NCBI RefSeq assembly: GCF_009914755.1 | Contig: NC_060943.1 | Origin: the human T2T-CHM13v2.0 reference genome, Homo sapiens | DNA length: 64,000 bases | Direction: 5' to 3' (one strand) | In this document: piece by piece, positions 1 through 55,999 of the stretch | How positions within the stretch are numbered: the first letter of the stretch is position 1 | Layout: each line of letters opens with the position of its first letter | Program-made: the position numbers and the translations under genes | Notes under the pieces: model-generated | The model's input: only the letters and a program-made list of their open reading frames with translations | What the model was told of the DNA's origin: nothing | Databases searched by the model: none

Positions 1-1973
<1,973 letters not shown>

Positions 1974-2654
1974 TCAGTGTGTTTATCCAAGCCCACAGAG
2001 AAAGGTGGGGAAGGGGAGCTGGGGAGACAAAGTTCCCCTCAAAGACGGTAGCATCCTTTCCCAGGGAGAGCTCAAGCATAGGGGGGTTGGGCCCCAACGA
2101 AGGAGAGAAACCAGGTTCCAGGGTATGTGCATTGGGGCAGAAAAGCGGCAGCAACTGGTGGGCGTGGGGTTATTGAAATATTGGCAGGTTGGGGAGGGGA
2201 CTGGTGGGACACAAATGGGAAGATGGGGTTGAGAGAGGTCCTGAAAAGGGGTTGAGGGGTTTTCACAGGAAAAAAAGGTTACTGGAGGGGAGGGTCTTCA
2301 CGGCAAGGAGAGAGGAGCTTGGGTGAGAGGTCTCCATAGGGAAAATAGGAGATGGCTGGGATTTCCCCCGGGGAAAATGGGAAGGGGCTGGATATTGGGG
2401 GTCTCCAGAGGGAAAATGGGAGGTGTGAGTATCTCACTACAGGAAAGAGGGAATAAGTGGGCAAAAATGGGTGGGTGGTTGAAGCGGGGGTCTTGCCACA
2501 GGGAAACCACGGTGGCTGAAGATCTCCGTGGGTTAAGAAATGGAGGCCGAGAAGGTCTCCCCATGAAAACGGGTACCTAGGAAGAGCTCCAGAGAAAAAA
2601 GATGGATGAGGTTCCCCACGCGGGAAATGGGGCTTGGAGGGGGTTAATCTCTAT

Positions 2655-2810
2655 GGGGAGGTCGGGGCGGGCAGTGGGGGAAGAGGCCACTGGGAGGTCC
2701 GAGTTAGCTGGCGGGGGGTCTCCACCCGGGAGGTCAAGGCGGGCAGTGGGGGAGGAGGTCACGGGGAGGTCCGTGTTGGCTGGTGGCGGGGGGTCTCCAC
2801 CGGGAGATCC
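2655..2810 (+). repeat. Degenerate ~72-bp G-rich tandem duplication in ASF1B intron 1
   Basis: GCAGTGGGGG at 2671 and 2743; GGGAGGTCC and GGGGTCTCCACC also duplicated. Confidence 0.8.
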
Positions 2811-2959
2811 GGTTGACTGGCGGGCTGGGGGAGATCGGGGTTGGCGGAAGGGGGACGAGGGGTTTCATGGGGGAGATCAAGTTGGCCATGGGAGCGGTTC
2901 TCTGAGGGGAGGCCGGGGTCGGCCCGGGGGTGGGGGTCCCCGCACAGGCCCAGCCTCAC

Positions 2960-3068
2960 CGTCCGCCAGGGCTTCACTGCACTCGAAGCTGATCTCGAAC
3001 CGGAAGGGGCTGTGGAAAGGGCTCGGGTTCTCCAGGACCGCCACGTTCAGCACCGACACCTTGGCCAT
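2960..3068 (-). CDS. ASF1B: ASF1B histone H3-H4 chaperone, coding exon 1 (MAKVSVLNVAVLENPSPFHSPFRFEISFECSEALAD, phase-1 donor)
   Basis: ATG at 3068 in GCGATGG context; translation matches the ASF1 N-terminus; donor G|GTGAGG after 2960; 109 nt. Later exons lie outside the window. Confidence 0.97.
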
Positions 3069-3222
3069 CGCCTCGCCTCGCCGCGCCGCAGCAGGGGCAG
3101 GGGCTGTGGCTGTGGCGGAGGCCGCGCCTGGGTCCGGTGGGGTCAGTGGGGTAGGGCTGACCAGGTCCACTCCCGCCTCTTCTCTCCGAGAACTGAAGTG
3201 CGCACCTAGTCCGCGCGCCGCC

Positions 3223-3228
3223 TTCAAA
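3223..3228 (-). promoter_or_regulatory. CHR element TTTGAA (DREAM/MMB-type) near ASF1B TSS
   Basis: TTCAAA on plus = TTTGAA on the ASF1B strand, preceded by GC-rich CDE-like sequence and flanked by CCAAT boxes; typical cell-cycle gene layout. Confidence 0.7.
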
Positions 3229-3759
3229 TAGCCGGCCTCCGCCCTCTGGCCAATCACCGCCAACGCTCCCTGGCGGCGCGCGCACCCCCTCAGCCAGTCC
3301 TGGAGCGCCGATCGGCGCGCGCCCAGACTCCTCGGACCAATCAGCGGAGCTCCCTCTCCGCAGCGTGTGAGGAGGGCGAAACTATCTCCAAGCTTCTTAG
3401 CGTGTCCGCTGGAAACCAATCCCCAGCGTCTCCGACTTGGATGTCAACGGCGGGAATGGACGGAGTCACAGCGCCGGCCTCCTTCTGGCCAATCCTGAGG
3501 GTTCCCGCACCGGCGTGGCCCGCCCCTCGCCTCGCTTTTCCGGGAGATGCATCCCGCAGCGCGCAGCGCCGCCACCCGCCGAGCGGTGGCGCGCGGCGCT
3601 CGCTAAAGAAGGCGGGAAGGGCGGTGCTCGCACCCGAAGTGATTGGCAGGAGGGAGTGGGGCGGAGATAAAGAGGGTTTTCTGAGAGTTTATTGGCTGGA
3701 TTGGTAATGGTGGCGGGAGCAGAAGGAGGCTCAGCTGGGGATTCGCTGGAGAGAAGCGG

Positions 3760-3835
3760 AAGTCGAGCGCCACCGCGGTGTTGGCGAGTGTGAAGAGAGA
3801 GGAGGAGCGTTTGCGGCCTCAGCGTCTGTCAACAG
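3760..3835 (+). ncRNA. ADGRL1-AS1: First exon of divergent lncRNA antisense to ADGRL1 (TSS approximate)
   Basis: Strong donor CAG|GTGAGC after 3835, just downstream of ATTGG boxes and an ETS site. Name is from recollection of the locus annotation; downstream exons cannot be fixed from sequence. Confidence 0.65.
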
Positions 3836-3966
3836 GTGAGCGTTTCCTGGAGCTTTTCTGAGTGGCTCCTGACCCTTGAGGTCCAGCGGCGCGGGAGTCC
3901 GTTGTGAACGTTGCGAACGTTCGGAGTGGCGGTCACGAGGCGCGCTCAGACCTCGGGAATCCGGCC

Positions 3967-4138
3967 GGGTTCGGATCCCGCTTTCGCCCCCGAGGGGTTC
4001 GGATCCCGCTCTCGCCCCCGAGGGGTTCGGATCCCGCTCTCGCCCCCGAGGGGTTCGGATCCCGCTCTCGCCCCCGAGGGGTTCGGATCCCGCTCTCGCC
4101 CCCGAGGGGTTTGGATCCCTCTCTCGCCCCCTTGAGGG
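3967..4138 (+). repeat. 28-bp tandem repeat (GGGTTCGGATCCCGCTCTCGCCCCCGAG) x6
   Basis: GGATCC recurs at 3973, 4001, 4029, 4057, 4085, 4113; four internal copies identical, end copies degenerate. Confidence 0.97.
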
Positions 4139-4298
4139 CTCTTGGGAGGTTTCAAGCGGACGGTACTGAAAATGGGAGTTCCAGTTCGGGGGCAGACCAG
4201 TGTTCAGAGTCCGGGCTCTGCTACTCAGCGCCCGAGGCAGCGCCTCCCCATTCAACGGGGGCCGTGGCAATTCCCTGACATGATTCATGACCACATAA

Positions 4299-8487
<4,189 letters not shown>

Positions 8488-8801
8488 ACTGAACTGTTAG
8501 TAGCATATAGTAATAAGCAGATACGTCTTCATTCTTGTTTAATACTTCAGGTGCACACATGCTCGAGAAAGTATAAGAAGTGCTATAGCAAAATACTGTT
8601 ACCCAGCTTAACAGCTAAAACATTAGAGATGCAACTGAAGGGCCCTATACCCCTACATCAAACCCATTCCTCTTCCTTTTTCCTCACATGTAACCACAAC
8701 CCTGAATTTGGTGTTTACAGTCTTCTGTGCATATCGGCGTGTATCTTTAAACAATATATAGTATTGTTTGTCATGTTCTATACTTTTATATAAATGGTGT
8801 C

Positions 8802-9320
8802 TGCGCAATTTAGAGTTAACCTAGCAGGCCTGAGACTGCTATCCTTAGAAAGACCTGTTTGCAAGATTGGCCCTTGGCTGATATCTAGGAACTTGGATTT
8901 CAGGAGGGTTCCTGCCGTTCCCCAAATGATGAGTGCCTAAACTGTTTCCACCAACAATGTGGTTCATGTTGAACACCTGCTCTCCTTCTGGAGTCTGGCA
9001 TTTTGGTACACGACCACCCCCAAGTACAACTCTGGTCACTGAGTAATGAGCTTCCCTGGTAGACCGCCTATCCGTCGTGCTGTCATACTTGGCGGTAGGA
9101 ATTGATGGAGTCCTGTGTGACTCCACTAGGAGAGGACTCTTAGAAGCTTGTCCTGGTTTCCTCTGGACTTCAGCTCCTGCATCTTTTCCCTTTGCTGATT
9201 GTGCCTTGTGTCTCTTCACTATCATAAATCACAGCCATGCCTACGCTTCCAAGCAAAATCCTGTGACTCCTCTTAGTGAGTCATTGAACCTCAGGGTGGT
9301 CTTGGGGACCTCTGATAGCA
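8802..9320 (+). mobile_element. Solo LTR, MER68-like (ERVL), inserted in an old L1 3' fragment (~8600-9900)
   Basis: Starts TGCGCAATTTAGAGTTAACCTAGCAGGCCTGAGACTGCTATCCTTAG; ends GTCTTGGGGACCTCTGATA; subfamily by eye. Confidence 0.65.
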
Positions 9321-9471
9321 GGATCATACTGGGTGTATCCTGACAGAGCTGGCACTAAGGTGGCACTGGGTCCTGCCTTCTGAAACTTGCTTTTTTTAAT
9401 CCAGTGTAATGCTTTTGAGATTTATCTATGTGGAAACGTGTATAGCTCTAATTCACTTATTTTCACTGCTA

Positions 9472-9672
9472 TACAGCTGTGCTGATAAGGTAACCACTAG
9501 CCACATGTGGCTATTTAGATTAAAATTAGACGAAACAAATAATCTACTTCCCCAGACACACTAGTCACATTTCACATGTTCAGCAGGAGCCTGTGGCTAG
9601 TGGCCACCATGGTGTATAGAGAACATAGAGAGGAAACATTTCCATGAGAACAGAGAGTTTTGTTGGACAGTG
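9472..9672. mobile_element. MER3/MER33-type hAT-Charlie DNA transposon fragment
   Basis: CACTAGCCACATGTGGCTA palindromic core and TTGGACAGTG end. Confidence 0.7.
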
Positions 9673-9929
9673 TTTATCAATTCACTTGGTTGAAATTTAG
9701 GGTGTTTTCAGTTTTCTACCATTACAAACAGTGCTGCAGTATGCGTTGGTATCTATGTCTCCTTGAACACATGTAGGAGTTACTCTGGGAGATAAACCTA
9801 GGAGTTGAAGTGCTGGACGGGGGGTTGCGGAAGTATTCATCTTTTCAAGATACTGCTAATCTGCTCTTCGGAATCATGGTACTGGTTCTCACTCCCCTCG
9901 TTAGTGTTCCTGTTGCTCAGTGTCCTTAT

Positions 9930-11590
<1,661 letters not shown>

Positions 11591-11929
11591 TACAATTATC
11601 TACTCTTAAAAGTCCCCATGCTTGCCCACAGTGCATCTCTCAGAAAGTCTAGTAGATTCATTTCATCCTCCAGTGTGAGAACAGATTACCTCTTCTTCAG
11701 CTGGGCACCAGAGGAAATACTGATCTTAGGTTTTTGGAGCCACGCTGAATTAAAACCTTAGCATCACACGGTGAAACTGAACCCGCTGAGGGAATGGTAG
11801 ATTCACAGTTTCTATCATTCTTTTTTTTCTTTTTAATATATTTCTTTATCCTTATTGAAGAGCTTCCATCGCCCTTCACTCTCATCTTGTGCTCACTTTG
11901 GGTCTTGTGCTGAATTCAGCTCCCATTCT

Positions 11930-14331
<2,402 letters not shown>

Positions 14332-14402
14332 TATTCACCCATTTCTTACTCCCCCACTCAAGAAGTCACACCACTCTTGTCATTCCAAGAAATCTTAATT
14401 TC

Positions 14403-14408
14403 TTTATT
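14403..14408 (-). terminator. ADGRL1 polyadenylation signal AATAAA
   Basis: TTTATT on plus at the end of an A-rich UTR block, with GT/T-rich sequence downstream on minus. Confidence 0.8.
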
Positions 14409-16621
14409 GTTTGACTTTTTGACTCAACAATTTTTTTAAAACTTTTTGTTTTTTTCTGAAACGTTCTTGTTGTTATGAGCCTTTTGTTTTGTTCTCGTTA
14501 AATGCACTCGACCCAAAATTGGTTTGGCATATCGAAAAGGAGACCAAGGAGGGAGGGGCTGGGGCGTGGGAGGTGGGGAGGAGGCCCGAATGGACAGAAA
14601 GTTGAGGATAAGAGAAGAGGAACATAGAGACAGCCAGAAAGACATGGGGAAAGAGTGTTGGAGACAGAGAAAGGGGAAGGCAAGGGAAAGCCAAAAGAAA
14701 CCAAAATCCAGAGAAAAAGAATTAACAAGATTTAGGAGCAAACGAGTTCAGGAGCCTAAGGAAGGGAGTAGGAGAGGAAACCAAGACCCTTCTCTGTACC
14801 GTCCCAGCTGGGGTGGGGGCGTCAAGGCACCAGGTCTGGTTAGGTTGGGGGGACACCTGGGCTCTGGGGGCGGCTTTGCACTGGACTGCAGTGATGTCCA
14901 GCCCCAGCAGGGGGCCCTGCCACACAGCTCTGAGGCCTGGAAGCCACCCGGCGATGCCGGCTGGAACAGGACCCGATACACCCTCTCTCCCTTTGATTGT
15001 CCGAGTCTGGAGAGATACAAGGAAGGCTGGGCAGGGAGGAAGTTGGCCTCTCTGTGTGCCTCAGCCCCCTGGAACTCTCCTGGCCCTCCTCCTGGTGTCG
15101 GGGGCAGCCACAGGCTGGGCTGCTTCCCGGGACAGGCCAGCTCCTCGCCTGCTCATGCCTCCTGCCCGCTCTTCACAGACCTCTGACCACCCCTCCACAC
15201 AACAGAGCTCCCAGCCTAGTGCAGTCCGGGAAGGGCCATGGAACTGTCCCTTGCCCTCCTCAGAGTCGTCTGGCAAGACTGTCCCTGGCCTCACTTCTCC
15301 TCCCCATCTAGACTTCACCCATGGTCTTCTGGTGTAATGGGTTAGGCCTTTCTACCAGAAAAAGCCAGAGTTGGAACCCAACCCCACCTCTTCCCCACAC
15401 CTGTTCCCTTACACGGGACAAACCACCATCTTTGGTCTGACCCCTTCTCCCCTAATTGATGGGGACAAGCCAGCCCCAGCTCCCCGGGAGAAGGGAGGGG
15501 CTTTCTAGCAGCAAAAAGGGTCCCTCCAGCCACCTACCTGTCCCCTTCCCCCCAGTTCCTTCCTAGAGCCCCTCCCCCTTAACCCAACAAAGTTCATGGC
15601 AGCAGCAGGCTGAGACCCGAAGATGTTTGAAAACTCATGGCACTTGTGAGAAAAGGAGGGGCAGAGAGATGGGGAGAGGTCAGAGCAGAGGTGGAGGGGC
15701 CACCTCTGGGGAAACGGCAATGCAGGGGCTGGGCTAGGGTGGCCTGGGGCTATGCTGCCCCTAGAGTTGAGGGAAGGGGGCTGGGGAGGCTGGCCTGACA
15801 GGCTGGAGAGGAGGGGGCCGGGACAGGTGCTCAGGACACATCCCGAGCCTGGAGCTTCCGGGGTCTGGGATTTGGGGTCAAGCCGCCCAGAACATGGGTG
15901 TCCCGACCCCAGCCCTGGCACCTGGCTTCGTCTTCCCTGCGGGAAGGTGGAGGATAGGGAAGGTGATCTCTCACCTTTGCCCCTCCCCATCCCCCAGACC
16001 GCCTTGCCGTTCCCAGCACCCTCCTCAGCCATACCCATGCCCTCCACAACCCCAGTGCCTCCCCATTTTCCTTCTGCCATCAACCTCTCTAGGTGGGAAA
16101 TCAGCCCCATCTTCCCCGGCGAGAGTCCCCAGAGCAATATACAAGAAGCAGGAACTCAAAGGGACAGCGCAGCCATCTTGACAAAGCATCTTTGGGTGTG
16201 AAGAGGTCTCCCCCGGGCCGGTGGGGAGGGAAGGGGGAGACAGGCCTCTGGTCCTGGGGCAGGCAGTGAGAGGTACACGCCCCAGAAGGGCTGATGATGC
16301 CGGGCAGGCGGAGCAGGAAAGGAGGGGACAGAAACGGGTGCCAGGAAGGAAATGGGTTCTTTGTTTCGCTGTTGCATCTAGATTTTGTTTTCTGTCTCTG
16401 GATTGTAAAAAGCTGCTCTGGCGGCCCGCCCGCCCCGGCGGGGACTGGGGATGCACGTACACGGAGAAGTCCTGGCTGCCAGGCCAGCAGCGCTGCTCTG
16501 CTCCGGAGAAAGCCCGGGCTGGCCCGGGCCGCAGGCTCCCGGTGGCTTCAAGTGATGAGATTTTTTTTCTTTTCTTTTTTTTTTTTTTTGTCTTTTTTTT
16601 TTCTTTTCCATTTCGTTGAAA

Positions 16622-16629
16622 TATTTACA
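16622..16629 (-). promoter_or_regulatory. Pumilio response element UGUAAAUA in ADGRL1 3'UTR
   Basis: Exact UGUANAUA match; function untested. Confidence 0.5.
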
Positions 16630-17524
16630 GCAATGGGGAAGGAGGAGGAGAGAGGAAGGAGTAAGAGGGCCCCCTAGGGAAAGATCCAAGCCCAGGACCC
16701 ACTCCCCAGGGAGATCCAGACCCAAAATCTGCTCCCCAGATAGCCGAGCCCACAGGACTGGGAACTGCCCAAATATGGCCACCCCTGTGGGCTGGGGGCC
16801 CTGCGGGGAGTTGTGCTTCATCAGGAGTCGCCCCAAGGGAGGGGGTCATTGGGTGCACTGGGAGGCAGAGGGGGCAGGTTTGCTTGCGGGGCAGGGACCA
16901 AGAGCAAGGGGAAAGGAGCTTCAGAGAAAGTTCAACCTTTAAACCACCAGCCACCACCGCCCAGTCCCCCTGCCCTGCGGCCTTTTCCCAGTCTCCAGGG
17001 AGCAGGGAATTACAGCGCAGGAGGAACCTGTCCATCTGTCCTGCCTCACTGCTCCCTCTGGGTGCAGCCGGCAGCATTTCTGGCTGCGGAGAGGAGCAGC
17101 TAACAGGTTCCATCCAGTGGGGGCCTTTGGCAACCTCAGAAGCTGCCCCTCCCTGCCCAGGAAACTAAAGCCCTCATTTCCCTTCACAGGGTAGAAGGGT
17201 GGGAGAGGGGAGAGTCTGGAAGTGGGCTGCACCCTTCCAAGTTCTCCCTCCTCACTCCCCTGGGGTCCTCTGGGCTCCTCCTCACTACACTTCCCCCAAA
17301 TAGAGCTGGTGCGTGTGGCTGGTGGGAAACCCTGTCTGTGAACCCTGGCACCTCAGGCCCCCAGGTTAGAGTCCCCTGAGGGGACTGTAGGGCCCATGGC
17401 TGAGGGGCACCTGGAGAGAGTGGCCCACCAGCCACTGCCTCCATCTGTCTCCCTCTCCCACCAGAGCCCTGCCCAGGGTTCCCTCCCTGGCCTGGGCCAC
17501 CAGCCCCTGGTCCATGAGGTGCCC

Positions 17525-50468
<32,944 letters not shown>

Positions 50469-51104
50469 CTATCTGTAGGGCCCCCTCCGGGGTCTGCAGC
50501 TCACACCACACCCCCCACCCTTACACCCAGCAGCCAGACCCAGCTATCTGGGCACCTCTGGGCAAAGAGACTGCCAACTCTTCCCCACTGGAACCTCCTG
50601 GGACAGCTCACGGGGAGATCCCAGGCAGGCCTTGGACCCTCTGGAAGCCTCTTCCCCATGCCCCTGTCCTGACCCTGCCCACTCATCTCCCCTACTCGCA
50701 TCCTCACCATGAGCAAGGAGGTAATGAGTGTCCTCCCAAGTGAGGGACTCATTGCAACCCAACTTGCAGCCTCCCCGTCTTGGGCAGAAATCCAAGCCCC
50801 CGCCCCCAGCCCCCTGCTTCCTGTCTCTCAAGCTCTGGTGGCTAATTAGAATCCAGCTGGCGCCACAGATCGGGAACCAGGGACGCCCGAGTCCCCTCTT
50901 TCCTCTCTGGGGGACCTTCAGGGTAAGCTGGAGACAGGCAGGCGGGGTGGGAGGCGGACACTGCCTCCCCCTCTGGGGGGGCCAGGGGAGATGGGGGAGG
51001 GGTGAGAATTGTGTGCTGTCCCCTGCCATCCTCCCCACCTGCTCTGTCCCCAGGCACAGCGGCTCAGTTTTTTTTTTCATTATTATTATTTTTTTAAATT
51101 TTAG

Positions 51105-51599
<495 letters not shown>

Positions 51600-52737
51600 C
51601 TAATTTTTAAATTTGCTGCAGAGAGGAGGTCTTGCTATGTTGCCCAGACTGATCTCAAACTCCTGGGCTTAAGGGATCTTCCTGCCTGGGCCCCCCAAAA
51701 CTTTGGGATTACAGGAGTGAGCCACTGTGCCCAGTCCAGGACTCGGTTCTAACTGGTTTCTTCCTGCCTTATGGCTGCTCCTTCTCACCTCTCTCCCCGC
51801 CTCAGTCTCCCCAAATCCTCTCAGGCTTGCACGCTCAAATGTCTGTCCTCAGCTCTTTGCTTTATCTACACCCTGGTTCTCCAGGTGTGGTCCCAGCACA
51901 CTGGCATCAGCCTTGCCAGGAACTTGGTAGAAACACACATTCTCTCTCTCTCTTTCTTTTTTTAAGAGACAGGGTCTTGCTCTGTTGCCCAGGCTGGAGT
52001 ACAGTGGCACAATGACGGCTCACTGCAACCTCCAGATCCTGGGTTCAAGTGATGCTCCTACTTCAGCCTTTCGAGTAGCTGGGACCACAGGCTCTCGCCA
52101 CCACGCCCAGCTAATTTTAAAATGTCTTATAGAGACAGGATCTTGCTATGTTGCCCAAGCTGGTCTTGAACTCCTGGCCTCAAATGATCCTCCCACCTCA
52201 GTCTCCCAAAGTGCTGGGATTACAGGCGTGAGCCACTGTGCTGGCCAGAAACACACATTCTCTGAGGCAGGCCCTGAAGCGTGGGAACCCCTGCTCTGTC
52301 ATATCCAGCTGTCATCCCAGCCTGTCCCATCTCAGGCTGTCCTGGGCTCTCAGTACCATCATTGAGCCAGCACTTTCAAATCTCTTATGTCCAGCCTGGA
52401 ATCTCTCATCAGAGCCCCCACTACCATTTCCCTGCTGAAAACCAAAACCCTTGTAATTGGCCCAGTTAGCTCCCTGACCCCATTTCTGCTCCAGCCACTC
52501 CTGCTATTCCTGGACCACAGCAGGCCTTGCCCCAGGGCCTTTGCACCTGTTGCTTCCTCCACCTGTAGCTTCTGCCAACCCACTGTCCACATGGCTGGCT
52601 CCTTCAGGCCTCTGCTCAGATAGAACTATTCACCTGGTGTATAGAATGTCCTCTTCATGGGGCAGGGATCATTGAACTGTTTTGCTCATGGTGGCCGTAT
52701 CCCCAACTTTTATTTACTTTTATTTTTTTAGAGATAG

Positions 52738-52899
<162 letters not shown>

Positions 52900-53626
52900 T
52901 GAGGTCTTGCTATGTTGCCCAGGCTGAACATGAACTTCTGGCCTCAAGAGATCCTCCTGCCTCAACATCCCAAAGTGCTGGGATTACTGCGTGAGGCCAT
53001 CACCACTGTTGTCTTCATATCCTCAACTTTTAGAATAGGCCTGGCACGTGGCAATGAATTAATTATTTGTTGAATGAATCTCAGATCCCAAAGCTGAGAC
53101 TCTGCCTTGATTCCTCACCTTCCCTGTCATCCCCCTCACAGAAGCCATCAGCAACTCCTGTGGGCTCTGCCTCTGAAGTACCTCGCGACCTGCCCACTTC
53201 TGGCTCTAAGCACAGCACCCAGGCCCATGCACCATCCTATGTCACCTGTATGTTGTCCTGGCCTCCTTGCCCGCCTCCCAATCCGCCCTTCACTCAGAGC
53301 TAAGGGACCACATGATGATGTTGATCCGAACATTAACTGACCCCCTGGTCTCTGCTGGGGTCTCAGTTCCTCACTAGAGCCCAGAGGCTGTGGGTGAACT
53401 GGTGCCACCAAGCTCTCCAAGCCCCATTCTGTCCTCCCTCCTGTTCCTGAAACATTCAACATTCCAGTTCCAGTCCCCAAGCAGGATCCCTGCATGTCGG
53501 CTGCGGCTGCTCATTGTTCAGGGCTCAGCCGCAAGGTCACCCCAGCAGAGTGACCTACCCTGACCCCCTGCAAACAAAACAGTCCTCGCCTGCTGCCCTC
53601 ACCCGCCATCCTTTTCCCTGTTTTTA

Positions 53627-54025
<399 letters not shown>

Positions 54026-54237
54026 TCAATAAATAAAGATCCCCACAGGGCAGGACACCTGGTCCAGACCCCAGTCTCCTCACGTGGGAAATGGGAAGAT
54101 AATATCTGCAAGACAGCCCTGAACACCCCCTTCTCCAGCCCTGTAGCTCTCTGCCCGCTTCCCCTCTCATGCCCACTCCCGATACCAGCTCCCTCTCCAC
54201 TGCCCCAGCTTCTTCAGTAAATCCCCCCCAGCTACCT

Positions 54238-54412
54238 CCAGCCCCCAACCGCGTCTCCCCCCACATCCCTGACTAGACACGGCCAGTGTCACTTTCAGAT
54301 GATTTTACAGCGTGTTACCCCGCCGCCGCCACCAGCCCCTATCCGCATCTCCCCCACATCTGTGACTAGACATGGCCGGTGTCACTTTCAAATCATTTTC
54401 CAGCATGTTACC
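54238..54412 (+). repeat. ~93-bp imperfect tandem duplication
   Basis: GACTAGACAYGGCCRGTGTCACTTTCA at 54271 and 54364. Confidence 0.88.
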
Positions 54413-55159
54413 TTGGGAATGGGGAGTGGCTTCCTTATTTCAACTTCCTCATTTCTCCCCCAACTGCCCAGCCACAGAAAGGTTCAGGGGAGGCAGTGTC
54501 CCCAAGCTGAGGATACTCCCCTCCCAGGGTCTCCAAGCGCTTTCTTTCCCACTGCAACAGGCATCCGAGCAGAGGAACTGGTTAGAGGGAGTAAAAATGG
54601 CTGGCTTGGTACGGTGACTCGTGCCTGTGATCCCAGTGCTTTGGGAGGCTAAGGTGGGTGGATCACTTGAGCCCAGGAGTTTGCAAGGCTGCAGTAAGCT
54701 ATGATCCTGCCACTGCACTCCAGTCTGGGCAACAGAGCAAGACCCTCTCTTAATAAAAATAAATAAATAAATAAATGGCAGGGAAGCCACTCGATGCCAA
54801 ATTGTGTGGGCAGCGAATCCACATGGGTCTAGATCCCAATTTTGCCTTATACATGCCCTGTGTGACCTTGAGCTGGTCTCCTCACCTCCCTGGCCCTGGT
54901 TCCCTCTGCGCTGCTATTCTGCAGGGTTCTGGTAAGGAGAGCAGTACACGTACACGCTGGGCCAATACAGGCCCCATCAGAGGGTGCTGTGCACAGCCTG
55001 GTGCCAGTCAGGGCACAAAGACACCCACGGAAGAGGCAGTCCCTCTCTTCCTCCCAGGCTGCACCCTAGAATGCTAAGACTCCAGAGTGGACCCCCCAGA
55101 GCCATGTATACTTCCACCGGGAACTCCAAGGCACCTTCAGCCCAACCAGACCAAAATAA

Positions 55160-55556
<397 letters not shown>

Positions 55557-55798
55557 TAGCTGGGATTATAGGCGCCCACCAACACGAGCAGATACGGGGT
55601 TTCACCATGTTGGCCAGGCTAGTCTGGAACTCCTGACCTCAAGTGATCCACCCGCCTGGGCCTCCCAACGTGTTGGGATTACAGGCATGAGCCATCGTGC
55701 CCAGCCTCCAAAACTTTTTTATCACCCCACATAGAAACTCCGTACCCACTAAACAATAATGCCCACTCCCCTTGTCGCCCAGCCCTGGTAACTTATAA

Positions 55799-55999
<201 letters not shown>

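Larger units (their letters stand above)
14385..17524 (-). other. ADGRL1: ADGRL1 3'UTR (~3.1 kb)
   Basis: Alu-free sequence between the stop codon and the AATAAA at 14408-14403; cleavage site approximate. Confidence 0.85.

Noticed and set aside
2602-3231. 209-aa plus-strand ORF antisense to ASF1B
   Set aside because: Low-complexity Gly/Arg product of G-rich sequence; no recognisable domain.
2877-3419. 180-aa ORF as N-terminally extended ASF1B
   Set aside because: Begins at a non-ATG codon in the promoter and runs into intron 1; only 2960-3068 is coding.
3967-4138. CRISPR-like array or tRNA gene; ORFs 3731-4504 and 3876-4278
   Set aside because: Head-to-tail repeats with no spacers; no A-box or cloverleaf; the ORFs arise because the GC-rich repeat lacks stops.
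11697-11885. Lys-rich short ORF as a processed-pseudogene fragment
   Set aside because: No parent gene recognised and no TSD or polyA tail; BLAST would be needed.
14524-16137. 220-aa (+) and 210-aa (-) ORFs in the ADGRL1 3'UTR
   Set aside because: Compositionally biased with no domain; the minus one has a non-ATG start; expected in GC-rich UTR.
54360-54380. p53 response element
   Set aside because: One imperfect decamer (AGACATGGCC); the neighbouring CWWG overlaps with wrong spacing.
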